Of a DNA stretch of 64,000 nucleotides, positions 26,046 to 62,002 are shown piece after piece. Position numbers and translations under genes: made by a program. Location of the stretch: contig CM120640.1 of the NCBI GenBank assembly GCA_051362555.1, positions 31,639,967 through 31,703,966 on the forward strand, written 5' to 3'. The notes under the pieces were generated by a model. That model was not told the origin of the DNA. It saw only the letters and a list, made by a program, of their open reading frames with translations, and searched no databases. The DNA is from Lingula anatina (lineage: Eukaryota > Animalia > Brachiopoda). Positions within the stretch are counted from its first letter, which is position 1. Each line of letters begins with the position of its first letter.

Positions 26046-27829
26046 CTACACACCTAACACCCAAATCCAATATAGAGGTGCAATTGATGTCACAGGCAAG
26101 CTCTTAAAATATTTAGTGCACAGATTGCAAACTGTCTGATTATTTTAGGGTCCCACGTGAAGAAGTTTATATCAAAGTTTCACTCTCCAGGAACCATGAT
26201 TAATAAAAAATAATTCAACTTCTATCCCCAAAAAGGAACATATGTTACTGTCACAAATACAAAACGTTCAACTCTGAAACACTTTACTTACTTTGAAAAT
26301 TCAATCATTACTGGATTTTGTTCTTTGATTTATCTCCTACAAGTATAACCTTGTAAAAAATTATAATAATCTTTTGTATGGAGCAATTAATTGTCTTAGA
26401 GCTACTTTACTTTGCTTGTCACTGAATATTAAAAAAAACAGGGAAAATACACCCTACCAACAGCAAAATAAGCATAAAATAAATTATTTTTCCCATTGTG
26501 CTCCAAATATGATATAAGAAATGTCAAACTATCATGGAATCACAATATATTTTTCGGTCAGCAAAAGAAAACATCATTTTCTCTTGCACCAAGTGCTTAA
26601 ACATAATGAAACATTGTAACAATTTTTCTAGGGAACATAAGTTACCTAGTATTAGCCATGACACAAAGCCCCTTGAGTTATAGTTTTTTATTTATAAAAA
26701 TGTCCTGACGTCATGTCTAATTTACCATGACTGAACCACTACAAAATATATCGGAACGTACGTTTTTGGAACATATATTACTATTTAGGGCTCTTTCCGT
26801 AATGTAAAAGATATGGTAAAATTAAAATTTGAATTTAAATTGAGACAAGCGTGGATTTTTGTTCTATACACGTTTTAAAAAATTGAATAAAACTTTGAAT
26901 TCATTCAATTTTATTTTTTGACACTTCAACATATGAAATGCACCTCTCTGTTGGGTTTGGGTGCTAAATGTATACTGATCCTAGACAAAGTCTACATTGA
27001 AAGTCTTTAAAGCCCTCACATACATGACATACTAGTTAAGGTTTATGTTCACAATAATGTTAATTTATTTGAAGAATATTTTTAAAGGTTACAATCCATC
27101 TACCGAGCCTAACTTCAATCTTGGCAACATTGTTATATTGAAAGCTATGAAAAAGTCCCACGCACAGAGCCCATGCAAAGTTATATTTTAATTGTGATGG
27201 TATATATTGTGTACATGTATACTGTATATCTATTCATCTCATTCCCAATACAGTTTTTACTGATGGTCTGTCCTCATTTTGATTCTATCGGTCTCTGTAA
27301 CTTACTTTGATGTATGCAAATGTATAATGAATTCAATTTAAAAAAATGTTTATAGGGTAATATTGTGATTTACAGGAAATTATATGTATTATTATCATTA
27401 ATCAATTTAATACAGTGATCACGTACATTATTGTCATTGTACGAGTCTTTGAGAACACCGCATAGAAACTCACTTTTCTAGTTCTACTCTCATCACGCTT
27501 CTGTCATTTTCACTAGTTACTAAAACGGCTAGAAGAGATTTTGACAGCTTAGAGGTACTTTACATTGTATGATGAATGTTCCAATTGCCTCTGTCGCTTG
27601 GCTCACTTTTAGCCTTAGATGCTTGGTAAGAACTAGCACGAAAATTCATGCCACAGAAAATATTGACGATTCTGATATGTACTGTCTGTGCTAGGTAAGA
27701 ACATGCTTCTTGAGCACAAAGTTTGACACGTAAGCACTTTCTTTACCATGTCAGAAACCGTGTTAGGGGTGTGTGATAAGTGCGTGCGTAGCTAGCAGCC
27801 CTAGAAGCTTTTAAAGTCTTTAAACAAAA

Positions 27830-28150
27830 CAGCCATTTTCACATAGAATTGTGTAATTAAATAACATAAAATTATATTTGATGTCTTCATGCGTCAATTT
27901 CAGTAAAAAAAACTTGCAGTATATTCTGTAGTAATGAGAAATATTCTGAATATTATACCTTGATACTTAGTAAACAAACTAACTTGCAAACCTCTTAACC
28001 CGGAAGTGCGCACTGCATCTTTTTGAAAAACAGCGCACCTCGTAAAACTCTCTTGAGAAACGAGACTTTGACAAATTATGTCAACAAAAATAACCACACG
28101 TGCGGTGGCCTTGCATGTTGGCAGGAAAGCTACCGCATGTACTTGGTAGG
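27830..28150. promoter_or_regulatory. Bidirectional promoter WDR41/POLI
   Basis: CpG-containing stretch between divergent genes; ETS CCGGAAGT at about 28000, GCGCA motifs, YY1-like GCCATTTT at about 27832. Confidence 0.55.
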
Positions 28151-28379
28151 ATATTTATTTCATGTCTGATATCCAGAAGGTAATAGTAACACAATGTATA
28201 CTGACTTTGCCCTTTCTCTAGGATTACCCCTGGCATTTTGTGGGGAATAGACGGGGAAGTATTTGTGTTTACACAGGATGTTGTCTTTTTTCCAGGGCTC
28301 GGGATTTTAGATTGAAGTCTATATATTTCTACAGCTATCAACCTTAGTTTATGCAATCTTTTAATGCAGAGCTGGAAAG

Positions 28380-31300
28380 ATGTCTGATGACGAATCTGAG
28401 GATTGGAGCCTCCCAGTAGAAGGAGAGGCTGGCAGTGGAGGGGGAAACACTGCATTCTCTTGCAGCAGCAGCAAACCCAGTTGCTCTGGTAAATTTATGT
28501 GTGGCATTCATTTTATAGAGTTAACTGTGGATATAATAGTCACTTTTTACCTAAATGAAGGAAGGCTGATTCAATTATTTAGTAACATCTCTCACAATGA
28601 TCTAACAGTTTTAAAGAATTTAATTTAATGGGTTTATTTCTTTTTTTTTTTTTGCTGAACAAATACTAATAATACGCTAATTAATGTGTGTAGTTAATTA
28701 TTTTGCAGGGCCATCAGAGGTTTTGTTTTGAGGAAGAGTTAAACTTCTGTTACCTTTCCACATTGCTGTTTGCTTGTTCATGATAGTCACTGTTGTCTAC
28801 AACTATGACTGGCATTATGTATTGTTGTTTTGGAGAAGGCTTACTTTACATTATTTAATGTTATTAATATTATAAGTGCTGTGTTTATCTCATTAGGATC
28901 CCTTAGTATTTGCCCAGAGAATCATGCAAGGACTATCATTCACATCGACATTGACTGTTTTTATGCACAGGTTGAAATGTTAAGGAATCCAGAGCTAAGA
29001 ACAAAACCTTTGGGTATGTATGCAGAAAAAAGTTTCACTAGACAAACACATTAAAATTGTAATGTCGAATGAGGTACCAATAGGTGTATGTTTTTCAACA
29101 ACAATTAACGGAGAGAAAAATATCATGAATAGAACTATCTGTTAGAAAGCTCGCTCATATTTAAATACTTCTATTTTATAGGCATTCAACAGAAGAACAT
29201 AGTGGTTACGTGTAACTATGTAGCACGTGAACGTGGTATATCCAAACTGAGTTATGTTAAAGATGCAGAGAAGAAGTGTCCAGATATTGTTCTTGTCAAC
29301 GGGGAGGATCTGACACACTACAGAGAAATGTCATATAAAATAACAAGTATGTTTAAAAAATGGTATGAATTTGTATTAAGCACAATCCAAGAATTAGGTA
29401 TTTTAAAGTTGCATTAGTACCCGGTACATATGAAAAGCCTGTAAGGTTTACTTGCCCCCTTTAAAAACACACTAATACTGTACCATGTCTGGTGAACCCC
29501 CCATCCAAAACATTGGAGATAAAAAGTCTTCCAAATTGTTTTATTAACTAGACTGACTTGTAGAGAGTCTTACTTTGCCCTTGTGAATTCATAGTCAGAT
29601 TTTTTAAAGTAAACTAGATTTTGTTGATAACAAGTTATTCATATGCAAGACAGCAGATGCTAGTTAAATATAGTGCTGTCAGCTTTGAAAGGTAGTACAT
29701 GGTCATTTATGATGTTAAGTATTCTGCTATTTATTTCTTGTTAGATTTTCTGTTGAAGTACACACCTAAAGTAGAACGGCTTGGTTTTGATGAGAACTTC
29801 TTGGATGTCAGTGATATGGTGAGAATGAGATTAAATGACCCAAGTACCAAAGAAGAAGTAAAAGGTCACATTTATGGCCAAGGGCAAAAAGACAGTGCTG
29901 GTGAGATTAATTTGGAGTCATTTTATAATATTTTCTTGTTAAGCGTTTCTCCTTTCTCTTGTACTTTTTGCAAACAAACATTAAATGCGCTTATATTATG
30001 AACTGTCTGTGCACTTGTAATTTCTGTTGCTTCCTCCTGGACCATTAGAATGAAGAAGTTGAAACTTTGGGGATTAATAGACCTATCATCAGAGATGTCC
30101 GTGAGCTCTTCAGGGTATAATGCACCTTGAGATATAGTTTCTGATACTTCTAAATATCCAAATATGAAAGCAGATTTATTTTTAAATAAATTTCCCATGT
30201 ACCAGCATAGATATGAAGGACCCTTGACAATGCAGGAGTATGTGATGGCTACCCCCTGACACTATCTAGTTTTCTTTGTAGATAGCTGTACATGTGGATG
30301 CCATGCTCGCCTGACAGTTGGTACCCAGATTGCTGCAGATATCCGCAGTGCTTTGCAAGAAGAGCTTGGCATCTCATGTTGTGCTGGAATAGCTTGGAAT
30401 AAACTACTGTCCAAACTTGTGGCTGGTACTCATAAGCCTAACCAGCAAACTGTGCTTTTTCCTGAGCACACATTTGAGTTAATGCTCAGTCTTGAGGCTG
30501 TCAGAGCAATCCCAGGTATAACTTGATCTTGTAATAATTGTGCAGTTTGAAAAATTAATACAGATCTGTTTCAATAGAAATTTCTTTATGCATCCACAAA
30601 AGATGTATTGTGAAGTATACACTGACCTTCCTATGTAATAACATTGTTTTTACTTTTTTCATAAGAAATTTTGTAAGCTTTCAAAAGAAAACACACTGTT
30701 TGCATAAATGCACATAGATGGAAAATAACCAAAACCAACAAAGTTACAGTAAAAATAACATGTTTTCTCAAGGTATTGGTCACTCTACCGCAAAGAGACT
30801 TGCATCTCTGGGAATCCAAACTATATCACAGCTTCAAGAAGTAGACCAGTCTGTGTTGACAGGGGAATTTGGAAACAGCATGGCTCAAACTGGAAGTGAC
30901 CAGTCCCCTGTTGTTACAACAGGACAGGCTCAAGTATGATATTTGCTTTGTAGAATACATCCTCTGTAAATCACAATTTAGGTACTTGAACATCATTTAC
31001 ATACTGATAATGATTTCATTCAAAATGCAATCAACTGATGTTATTTGAAATTCCCCCTTTAAAGACATTTATTTTGTTAATAGTTTAAAAGCACAGTCAT
31101 TCCATTTTAGTCTATCAGCGATGAAGATTCCTTCAGAAAATGCCAGGATGTGGAGGATGTAAAGAACAGAATTGGTGGACTCTTGGACAACTTATTAAAA
31201 AGGTATGTATTATATTTAATATGTTTTATACGAATCCAATTGATAATTTGAGACAAGTCATTTGTTGTGGCAAGGAAAGCAATAAATAAAATTATGGGTT

Positions 31301-32949
31301 TGATTTTGCCGTTTTCTGAATAAAGTTTGGGTTATGCGAATGATATGCTAAGAAAGTTAAATTAATGAATATGTTTAATGAATTTACCCCAGTTTTTTAG
31401 TATTAGTTTGCTATTACCTAGAAATTTGGTATATTTGTTTGTCTGTAGACAGAGAGGTGTCCACATATACAAGATATTTATGCATTAGTTCCAACTCTCT
31501 TGAGAAAATGGGAAGAAAGAAGACAATATAATTGTCTTGTGTTCTGGTCCTTTTAAAGTCACTAAATAATCACAATTTTACTGACAACTTTGCTCTCTTG
31601 CAGACTAGAGGAAGATGGAAGACTACCTGGAATAATACGATTAACCCTCAGAAAATTAGATAAAGAAGGGCAGTGGTCTAAGAGAGAAAGTAGACAATGC
31701 AGAGTTCCTAGTCATGTTTTCGCATTAGGTAATAACAAAACTATTGCTTCGTATTGTGTGCTCAGTAATAACAAGACTATCCAGATGAAGATGAAATGAG
31801 TATTAAGAAGCGAAATTGTTTAATTATTTCCCTGCATGGAAAAAAGTTTTCTTGTAACATTGATTCCCTACAATCTATTTTTGAGAAAAAATGGCAAAAA
31901 CGCCGATGCTTTGTGATATTTTGATTTTTTTATACTTCTGAGATATATTTTCAGATAATTCTGAAAGGAAGAAGGACAGACTGTTGCAGATTGCCATGGA
32001 ATTATTCCACAAGATCATAGACACAAAAAAACCATTCCACCTAACTTTGCTCAACCTTGGTTTTACCAAATTTGATGCAACACCAGCATATGCCAGTACA
32101 ATTAATGCATATTTTTCCACTAGTGCCACACATATCAGTTCTGCAGGAACAATAGCAAACTTTACGGAAAGACAAAAGCAGACTTTGTTTGATGAGCGGT
32201 CACAGCAGCCTCAGAACCCTCCATTAAGTTGGTCATTTCACAGTCCACCTGGTAAAGAAAGCAAAATGTGTAGTAAATCAAATACTGGGAGTTCAATTTT
32301 AAGATGGACAGAAAGAAAGGAAAAAAGAACTGAAGTGCCAAGTCATCGCCATGATGTTGACACAAAGAGATTGAAATTGGATGTGCCAGGTACAGAGGTT
32401 TCTTTTCCTGATCACATTGATAGGTCTGTATTTGATGCTTTACCTCCAGAACTGAAACAAGAAGTGTTAGCCAATGCAGATTTGTTAAAAGCCCAAATTC
32501 TTGACTCCAGCCTTAAGGCCAGTGTCCTTAAGGCCACGGACACAACCCAATATTGTGATAGCAATAATGGAAATGCTGGCAACATTTTACCAGGCACAAA
32601 GACTGAAGTTGACTCAACAACCACGGATACATGCAGGGAAAAAGACTTGACTGTTGGTGCTCAGATAGAAGGTTCAATATTAAGTCCTTGTCAAATGTCA
32701 TTTTCCAAGAAAAATGATGACAAAAATTCATTACATTTTGATAGTGGCACATTGGATACAACAGACAAAACATTGAACATCATGGTCCCTCCTGACATTG
32801 ACAAATCTGTTTTCACACAGCTGCCTCCAGATATTCAAAAGGACTTGTTAACCCAGTGGAATCAGAAAACATCCACAAATTCTCATGTTAAACAGAAATC
32901 CAAAACAACTAAGTCACCTTCACTGCTGAAATATTTCAAAAAACTCTAA
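28380..32949 (+). CDS. POLI: DNA polymerase iota (Y-family translesion polymerase)
   Basis: Exons 28380-28488, 28897-29013 (IIHIDIDCFYAQVEM), 29182-29346 (QQKNIVVTCNYVAR, NGEDLTHYREMS), 29745-29900 (VERLGFDENFLD), 30282-30515 (CAGIAWNKLLSKL, HKPNQQT), 30773-30933, 31111-31202 (SISDEDSF), 31604-31728 (RESRQC), 31955-32949 (FHLTLLN; two UBMs, DRSVFDALPPELKQE and DKSVFTQLPPDIQKD). Confidence 0.96.
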
Positions 32950-33784
32950 ATCGCTGCATGTTATGATCTTAATATCATATGTAAATACATTAATTACTGT
33001 TAATAAAAGATATTGATTTAACAGACAGTTTTTTTGGAATAATCCTAGAAGAAATTTTTAAAAATTCCTGTCTTTTAGTCTATCAGGGACAGGGCAGGCA
33101 GAGTGCAGACTAGATAATAAACCTTTACAGAGGCTTAGAAAGTAATGGTTATTTTCTTGGGAAAGGAGTGAGGGCAACTGACTGAATAAGAGCACCAAGT
33201 GATAGACTGTCACACCTATCACAGCCCATTCCCTACTGATATCTGACTGTAAGCAGACAGAATTTTGACTGGCAATATATGAGTTTATTTCCCTAGGTAT
33301 TGAAAAACAAATTTTACTCGTCAAGATTTAAAATCATTAATGACAGGTGTTTATAATATTTTTGTGACTAGCTGCCACTGTGTCCTTGATTAATTTTACT
33401 TTATGAATACTGCACAAAGAACAATTATGAAATATATTCAGTCTAGAAGTCACAAATGCATGGATGAGTAGCTCGTTTGCTTGCTGTCAATAAGGTGAAG
33501 AATCTTAGATATTCGTTGCAAACTAAAATATGATTTACACACTGTTTATGTGTGTTGTCATGTCACATTTGTAGTTGAAAATTACACCCACGTTTCTAAC
33601 TTCTGTTGTGATAACAGAATCTCCAACTCTGATACTGTATAGTATATATGGTGCTGTCTCTGGAAAACTTCGAGTTGAAATGGACCAATTCAGTAATGAT
33701 CAATACTGAACAGTCTTAAATGGCCGGTTTACTATCTTATAAAGTACCAACGAGAATAAATACAGCACATTTGTGAATTTGTTT

Positions 33785-36700
33785 TTAGGTTACCGTTCCA
33801 ATATTGTCAAAAGAGTGAATAAGCTTTTGAACAATCTTATCTGGGGGTTCAGCAATATCCATTATAATGCAGTTTTCTTCTTCTGTTGGCTCCTCAAGTG
33901 TCTGAAATTGTGAATCAACTAATGAGGGAGGCATAAAATGTCCAGTTCGCATTTGCATTCGTTGAGCAATTGTTTCTTTATCTCCCTTCAAGTAGACAAA
34001 TTTGACATTCTGTGGAAGGAATGCTGCCCCATTTATCCTACTTGAATTTTTATCTTCAGCAAAATCCTCAGTCCCAACATTACCATTTAGAATGATTTCC
34101 CGGTAGATCTTCTTCAGAGAGGAGCATGTAATTATTCCAGATGAACCTTCATCAAGCCACCTAAAAAAAACGGGTTATTGATAAATTGATAAATGGTGAT
34201 CACAGAAAGAACTTTTATGTTTGGAGAGAAATACCTTTGATCTTTGTTTGCATATTAACATTCAAACTTACATTAAAAGAGACATTGATGAAAGAAAGAA
34301 AAGCAGTATTCATAATAAAAGCCAACTAAGTTTGTATCAAAATAAAATTACTCTTGTGCATCTTCTGTATTCTAAATCTTAGATATGTTAAGTACTTTGA
34401 ATTGCATGTTGTGAAAAATAATCAGAATTCAGCATTCAGGATTTGTACGAGGCATGCCACACTGAAACCAGTATGGCTAATAGCCGCTATCATTTCACTA
34501 CAAGTATTATTGGTAGCGACATGATCCTAGCATTATGAAAGCATTACAACTTGACCAATATTGAAAAATCACACAGACCTTTGAATGACTTGGTGCAATG
34601 CCAGAAGCCATGGTAGTCTGTCCTGTAAAATATGTAAAAGACCACAATGGTTACAATAAAGTTATCACTGAGATAAGAACATTATGAAACCTTTTTATTC
34701 AAAAATTAACAATGATAACAATATTGGCTTCAGCATGGCAAACAAATTTTACATGTCAAGATTTAAAATCTGAAATGTAATATATATTTATAATATTTTT
34801 TGTGACTAGCTGACAGGTGTCCTTGAATAATTAAATTCTTTAAGAATTTTTTATTCAAAGATTTACAACTAGAAACACGATACAAGCACTGTACCTGATC
34901 TTCCAAAGGAATCCCTCTGGCCATTTTGGCTTTGTTATCTGGTGTATGATAGTCATCAGCTTCAGCAATAGGCCACCCTACCTAATAAACATACAAGTTA
35001 TAAAAGTTTGTTCAATGATGCTGCCAAAATGACAAATCAAATGCAGCCTTACAAAACATTGCCAAAATACAAGAAATTTAATCTAGTGTGTGTACCTAAC
35101 AAAGGGAAGTGTGATATTTATTTTTTACGTTATAACATTACGTAATTTTAATCAAATTAACATTATCTAATGCTATATAATAACTAACACTATTCTTTTA
35201 CTTGTGGGACCTTTCAATAATGGCTATCGGCCAAATTTCGAACACCATATTTATGTTTGTCCTTTACTAATATTTTTGCTTGGGTTAAAGAGGAGACATA
35301 AAGGATTATGACTAAAAACTAATTAGCAGTGCTGATATTTCACATAGTCATTACCAGTATGTTAAAAAAAACTTCTAGCATGCTCAGTGAATGTTTCTTA
35401 AAGAAAAACAAGGTAGCAAAGCTGTCAAATGGACGGACATAAATGGCAAAGCTAAAAGAAGCAATGTCATTAAAAGAGATTAAAATTATAAACAACCAAT
35501 AAACAATGAAGGCACACAAAACATCTTTTTGTCATTTTTGGTGGAATTATATTACTAGACAATAATCACAGCTAATTTTTTTATTGTTAATTTTTTAAAG
35601 TGCTACCCAGTACTGTTGTTCTGGACATTCAGAAAATGTTTCTGTCACAGATATTTAAAGTTACATTAAGAAAATGCATCCTATTTGTATGAACAAAATG
35701 CTGCACTCCACATGGTTCATTAGCATAATGCATGCACGTATTACCCCTATCCCTTGGGTGACAATTTTTTGTCGTGCATGCATAAGCCTGCTTCTCATAA
35801 ATATTCACATATTTATATATCTGCAGTATACTAGGTACTGATACACCTGTACATCACGCATAAGCTAGTTGCAGTTAAATATAAATTAGAATATTTAAAA
35901 GTAGTGTTCTGTTTTATATGGTTATAGATTTTATTAATTTCTTTGAATGCCATTTCATAAAAGTTACACTACTTCATGATAGTTAGAATAATTAAAAGTT
36001 GTTTTTTCATGCTACATGGTGTTTAGGATCAATAAAAAAAATCCAGGAAAGTCCATACAGACAACTACGGTGACATCAGACATGGGTGATGCATGGCTAT
36101 AGATAAATGTCCAGACCCATAGTGTCTGTTGATTTATAATTTTAAGGTAAAAAATAGAAATGGAAGTCTTGAAATCTAAATTAACTTACATACCTTGTCT
36201 GACAGCAACTGAGCAATGGTTGTTCTAAAATGTGAATACAATCAGTTAATGGATCCATAAATTCAATCAAAGATACACATCTGTCATATAATGAAATGAA
36301 TTTATTAACAACACATCAAATTAACAGAAACAAAAAAAAAAAAAAAAAAAAAAAAAAGTAATTTCCATTGGTCCATTTAAATATAAACACTCCCGTACAA
36401 AAAAGCTAATCAGAAACTATATTTGGTATTTATTTCGAGTTCACTTGCCAATTAATTTTTTAAAAGGAAATTACATCAGGAAAATATAACAGGTAAGGGC
36501 CAGCATAAGGCACTGGACATAAAGCACAAGGTGGTGGTGGTGGGGGTGGGGGTGGGGGTGGGGGTGGGGGGGTGGGGGGTCAGAAAAAGTATATAACAGT
36601 GATTTACATTTTGTGTGGCCCACCCTAACTTATTTGGCAAATAACTTTTTTATTCTGCACCCCAAATTACATTTGTCTTGAACTCAACAAAGTGTTTAGG

Positions 36701-36840
36701 TTTAACAGTACTATATTATGGAGAAATATTTTTGCAGCTGAAAAAAAGGAAAATATACACTGCCAGTACTTTCAACGTATTATGTCATGACAATAAACCT
36801 ACTTGCCACAACCACAAACGCCCATCAAGATGACGATCAT
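33785..36840 (-). CDS. IDNK: Gluconokinase
   Basis: Exons 36803-36840 (MIVILMGVCGCGK, P-loop), 36194-36224, 34895-34981 (EADDYH...NKAKMARGIPLEDQ), 34579-34622 (DRLPWL), 33785-34160 (CSSLKKIYR...GHFMPPSLVDSQFQTLEEP). Confidence 0.95.
36531..36579 (+). repeat. (GGGGGT)n G-rich tract
   Basis: Six or more G runs separated by single T, in IDNK intron 1. Confidence 0.85.
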
Positions 36841-37219
36841 CTTTCTCCTTCTGTTCACGGCTTTTTATCAGTAAACAATATCAGCTGAGCTAGCCTCGCG
36901 TCATCTGCTAGCAATACTCTCGACTAAAATGTAGTCTAATTATTAGATTTCAGTACAATTTATATAAATTATGATGTTGAAAATTTTAAACTGTGGTCTA
37001 AAAAAACTTTAAATCGAAGAGTATGTCGAATATATTGCACAAATAGTTCTAAATGGTAGCTTGAACCGTTATCCGTTTTGAGAGTAAGCCTCAAGGTCGG
37101 GTCAGGCGTCCATCTTGAGCAGGAAGGTCGGCCTCCAAGGAGACTGGATGGGATTAATACGTATTTGAAGATATTTGCAAGTACAAATTGCAAGAATTCG
37201 TCTCTGAATCGTTACAACC
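36841..37219. promoter_or_regulatory. Bidirectional promoter IDNK/FRMD3-5
   Basis: Only 379 bp between the two divergent ATGs; CpG-containing; ZNF143-like ACTACA on the minus strand at about 36930 and CTCGCG at about 36895. Confidence 0.55.
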
Positions 37220-60642
<23,423 letters not shown>

Positions 60643-61963
60643 GCTCAGCCCGTAAAACTGTGAGGAGCGTTAAAACCAAATGGTTTGGCAGTGAGTTCAC
60701 ATTACCATAGCTGGAGTACACATTTTCAAATTGACAATTTAAAGATAAAACAACAATTGTGACCAATGCATCTATACTTTGTAGCATCTTAATAGACTAT
60801 TTTGACATGTAATTTTAATATCTGATGTTTAGTATAAAGAATGACATGAGATTCATATGATATACACGTACTATTGTATACCTTTATTATGTTTCTCTTT
60901 TAAAATAAGCTAAAAGGAGCTTTTAACCAGCAGCTCACTGCCTTAGACAGTTTAATTGTCTTGGTAGTTGGTTACATATTGCTTAACCATGGTCATTTTC
61001 TGCCCTATAGACAATTCCTTTTAATTTGGGATAATATAGATGTAGTTTCTGAGCTATTTTGAAGTATTTCAGGCACAGAATTCACTAGAAATTGGTTAAA
61101 ATAGGTGGTGCATTATTAATGGTTAAAATGAGCATATCTAGGAAAATTTTCATCATCATTTTTACTACTTTGAAATTGCATTCTTCAATGAAATTTTGAA
61201 CCAATCATTGAAACCTAAAGTGCGTTAAATAATGGAATAGATTGTAGATGAGGATAATACCAGGAACATGAAGTCCACTTTGTCTGTAAACTCTTTTAAT
61301 GATATTATCTTCTGGATCAAAAATACTAAGTCATACGGTGACATAAATTATTTTTAAATAGTTTGTTGTAATGTTGTGTTCTTTGTGTTACGGTCTTCGC
61401 TTGCACCACATTCCAAATAATAATTATTTAGAAAATGCTCTGAATTAAAATGTGGTAATATGCCATCTTAATACTTTACACCTGTGTGCATGCCAGTACG
61501 TATCAATCATTATTTGCATTTAAATTTTGGTTTTATAAGAATATTTTTTATATTAGCTTTGATTGTAATACATGTATACATATCCTGATGTTGGAAGCTT
61601 ATAATTCACTTTTCCTTGATTGCTTTCAAGCTTTGGCTTAATAAGTAATGTTAAAGCTATTTAGAGGCGTAAACAGATAACAGAATGCTATGCATGTTAA
61701 ACTGCAAGTTGTAGCATGTTTTAATTTATTGCAGATAATTTTTAGTGAGCTCTGATCAAATATATATTCAAGGTTAGTGAATGAAAAGGAGTTTAGACTG
61801 ATCTTAGTGATTTTTGATCAAGTTTCTCTAGTATGTATGTCCAAAGGAAAAAAAACGGTGAACATGCAAGTTGAATATGCTATCAGGATTCTTCATATTT
61901 TATGGGGTATATAGACAGTAAGGGTAAATGTGGGTTTTGAGATACTTTTTGGAATTGTATATC

Positions 61964-62001
<38 letters not shown>
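61964..62001. repeat. Poly-T tract
   Basis: Seen directly. Confidence 0.9.

Positions 62002-62002
<1 letters not shown>

Noticed and set aside
27801-27836. Minus-strand AAAATGGCT as the WDR41 start codon
   Set aside because: The frame stops after 11 codons (possible uORF). Alternatives such as ATG|gtaaag near 27748 or an exon near 25448-25495 cannot be resolved without transcripts.
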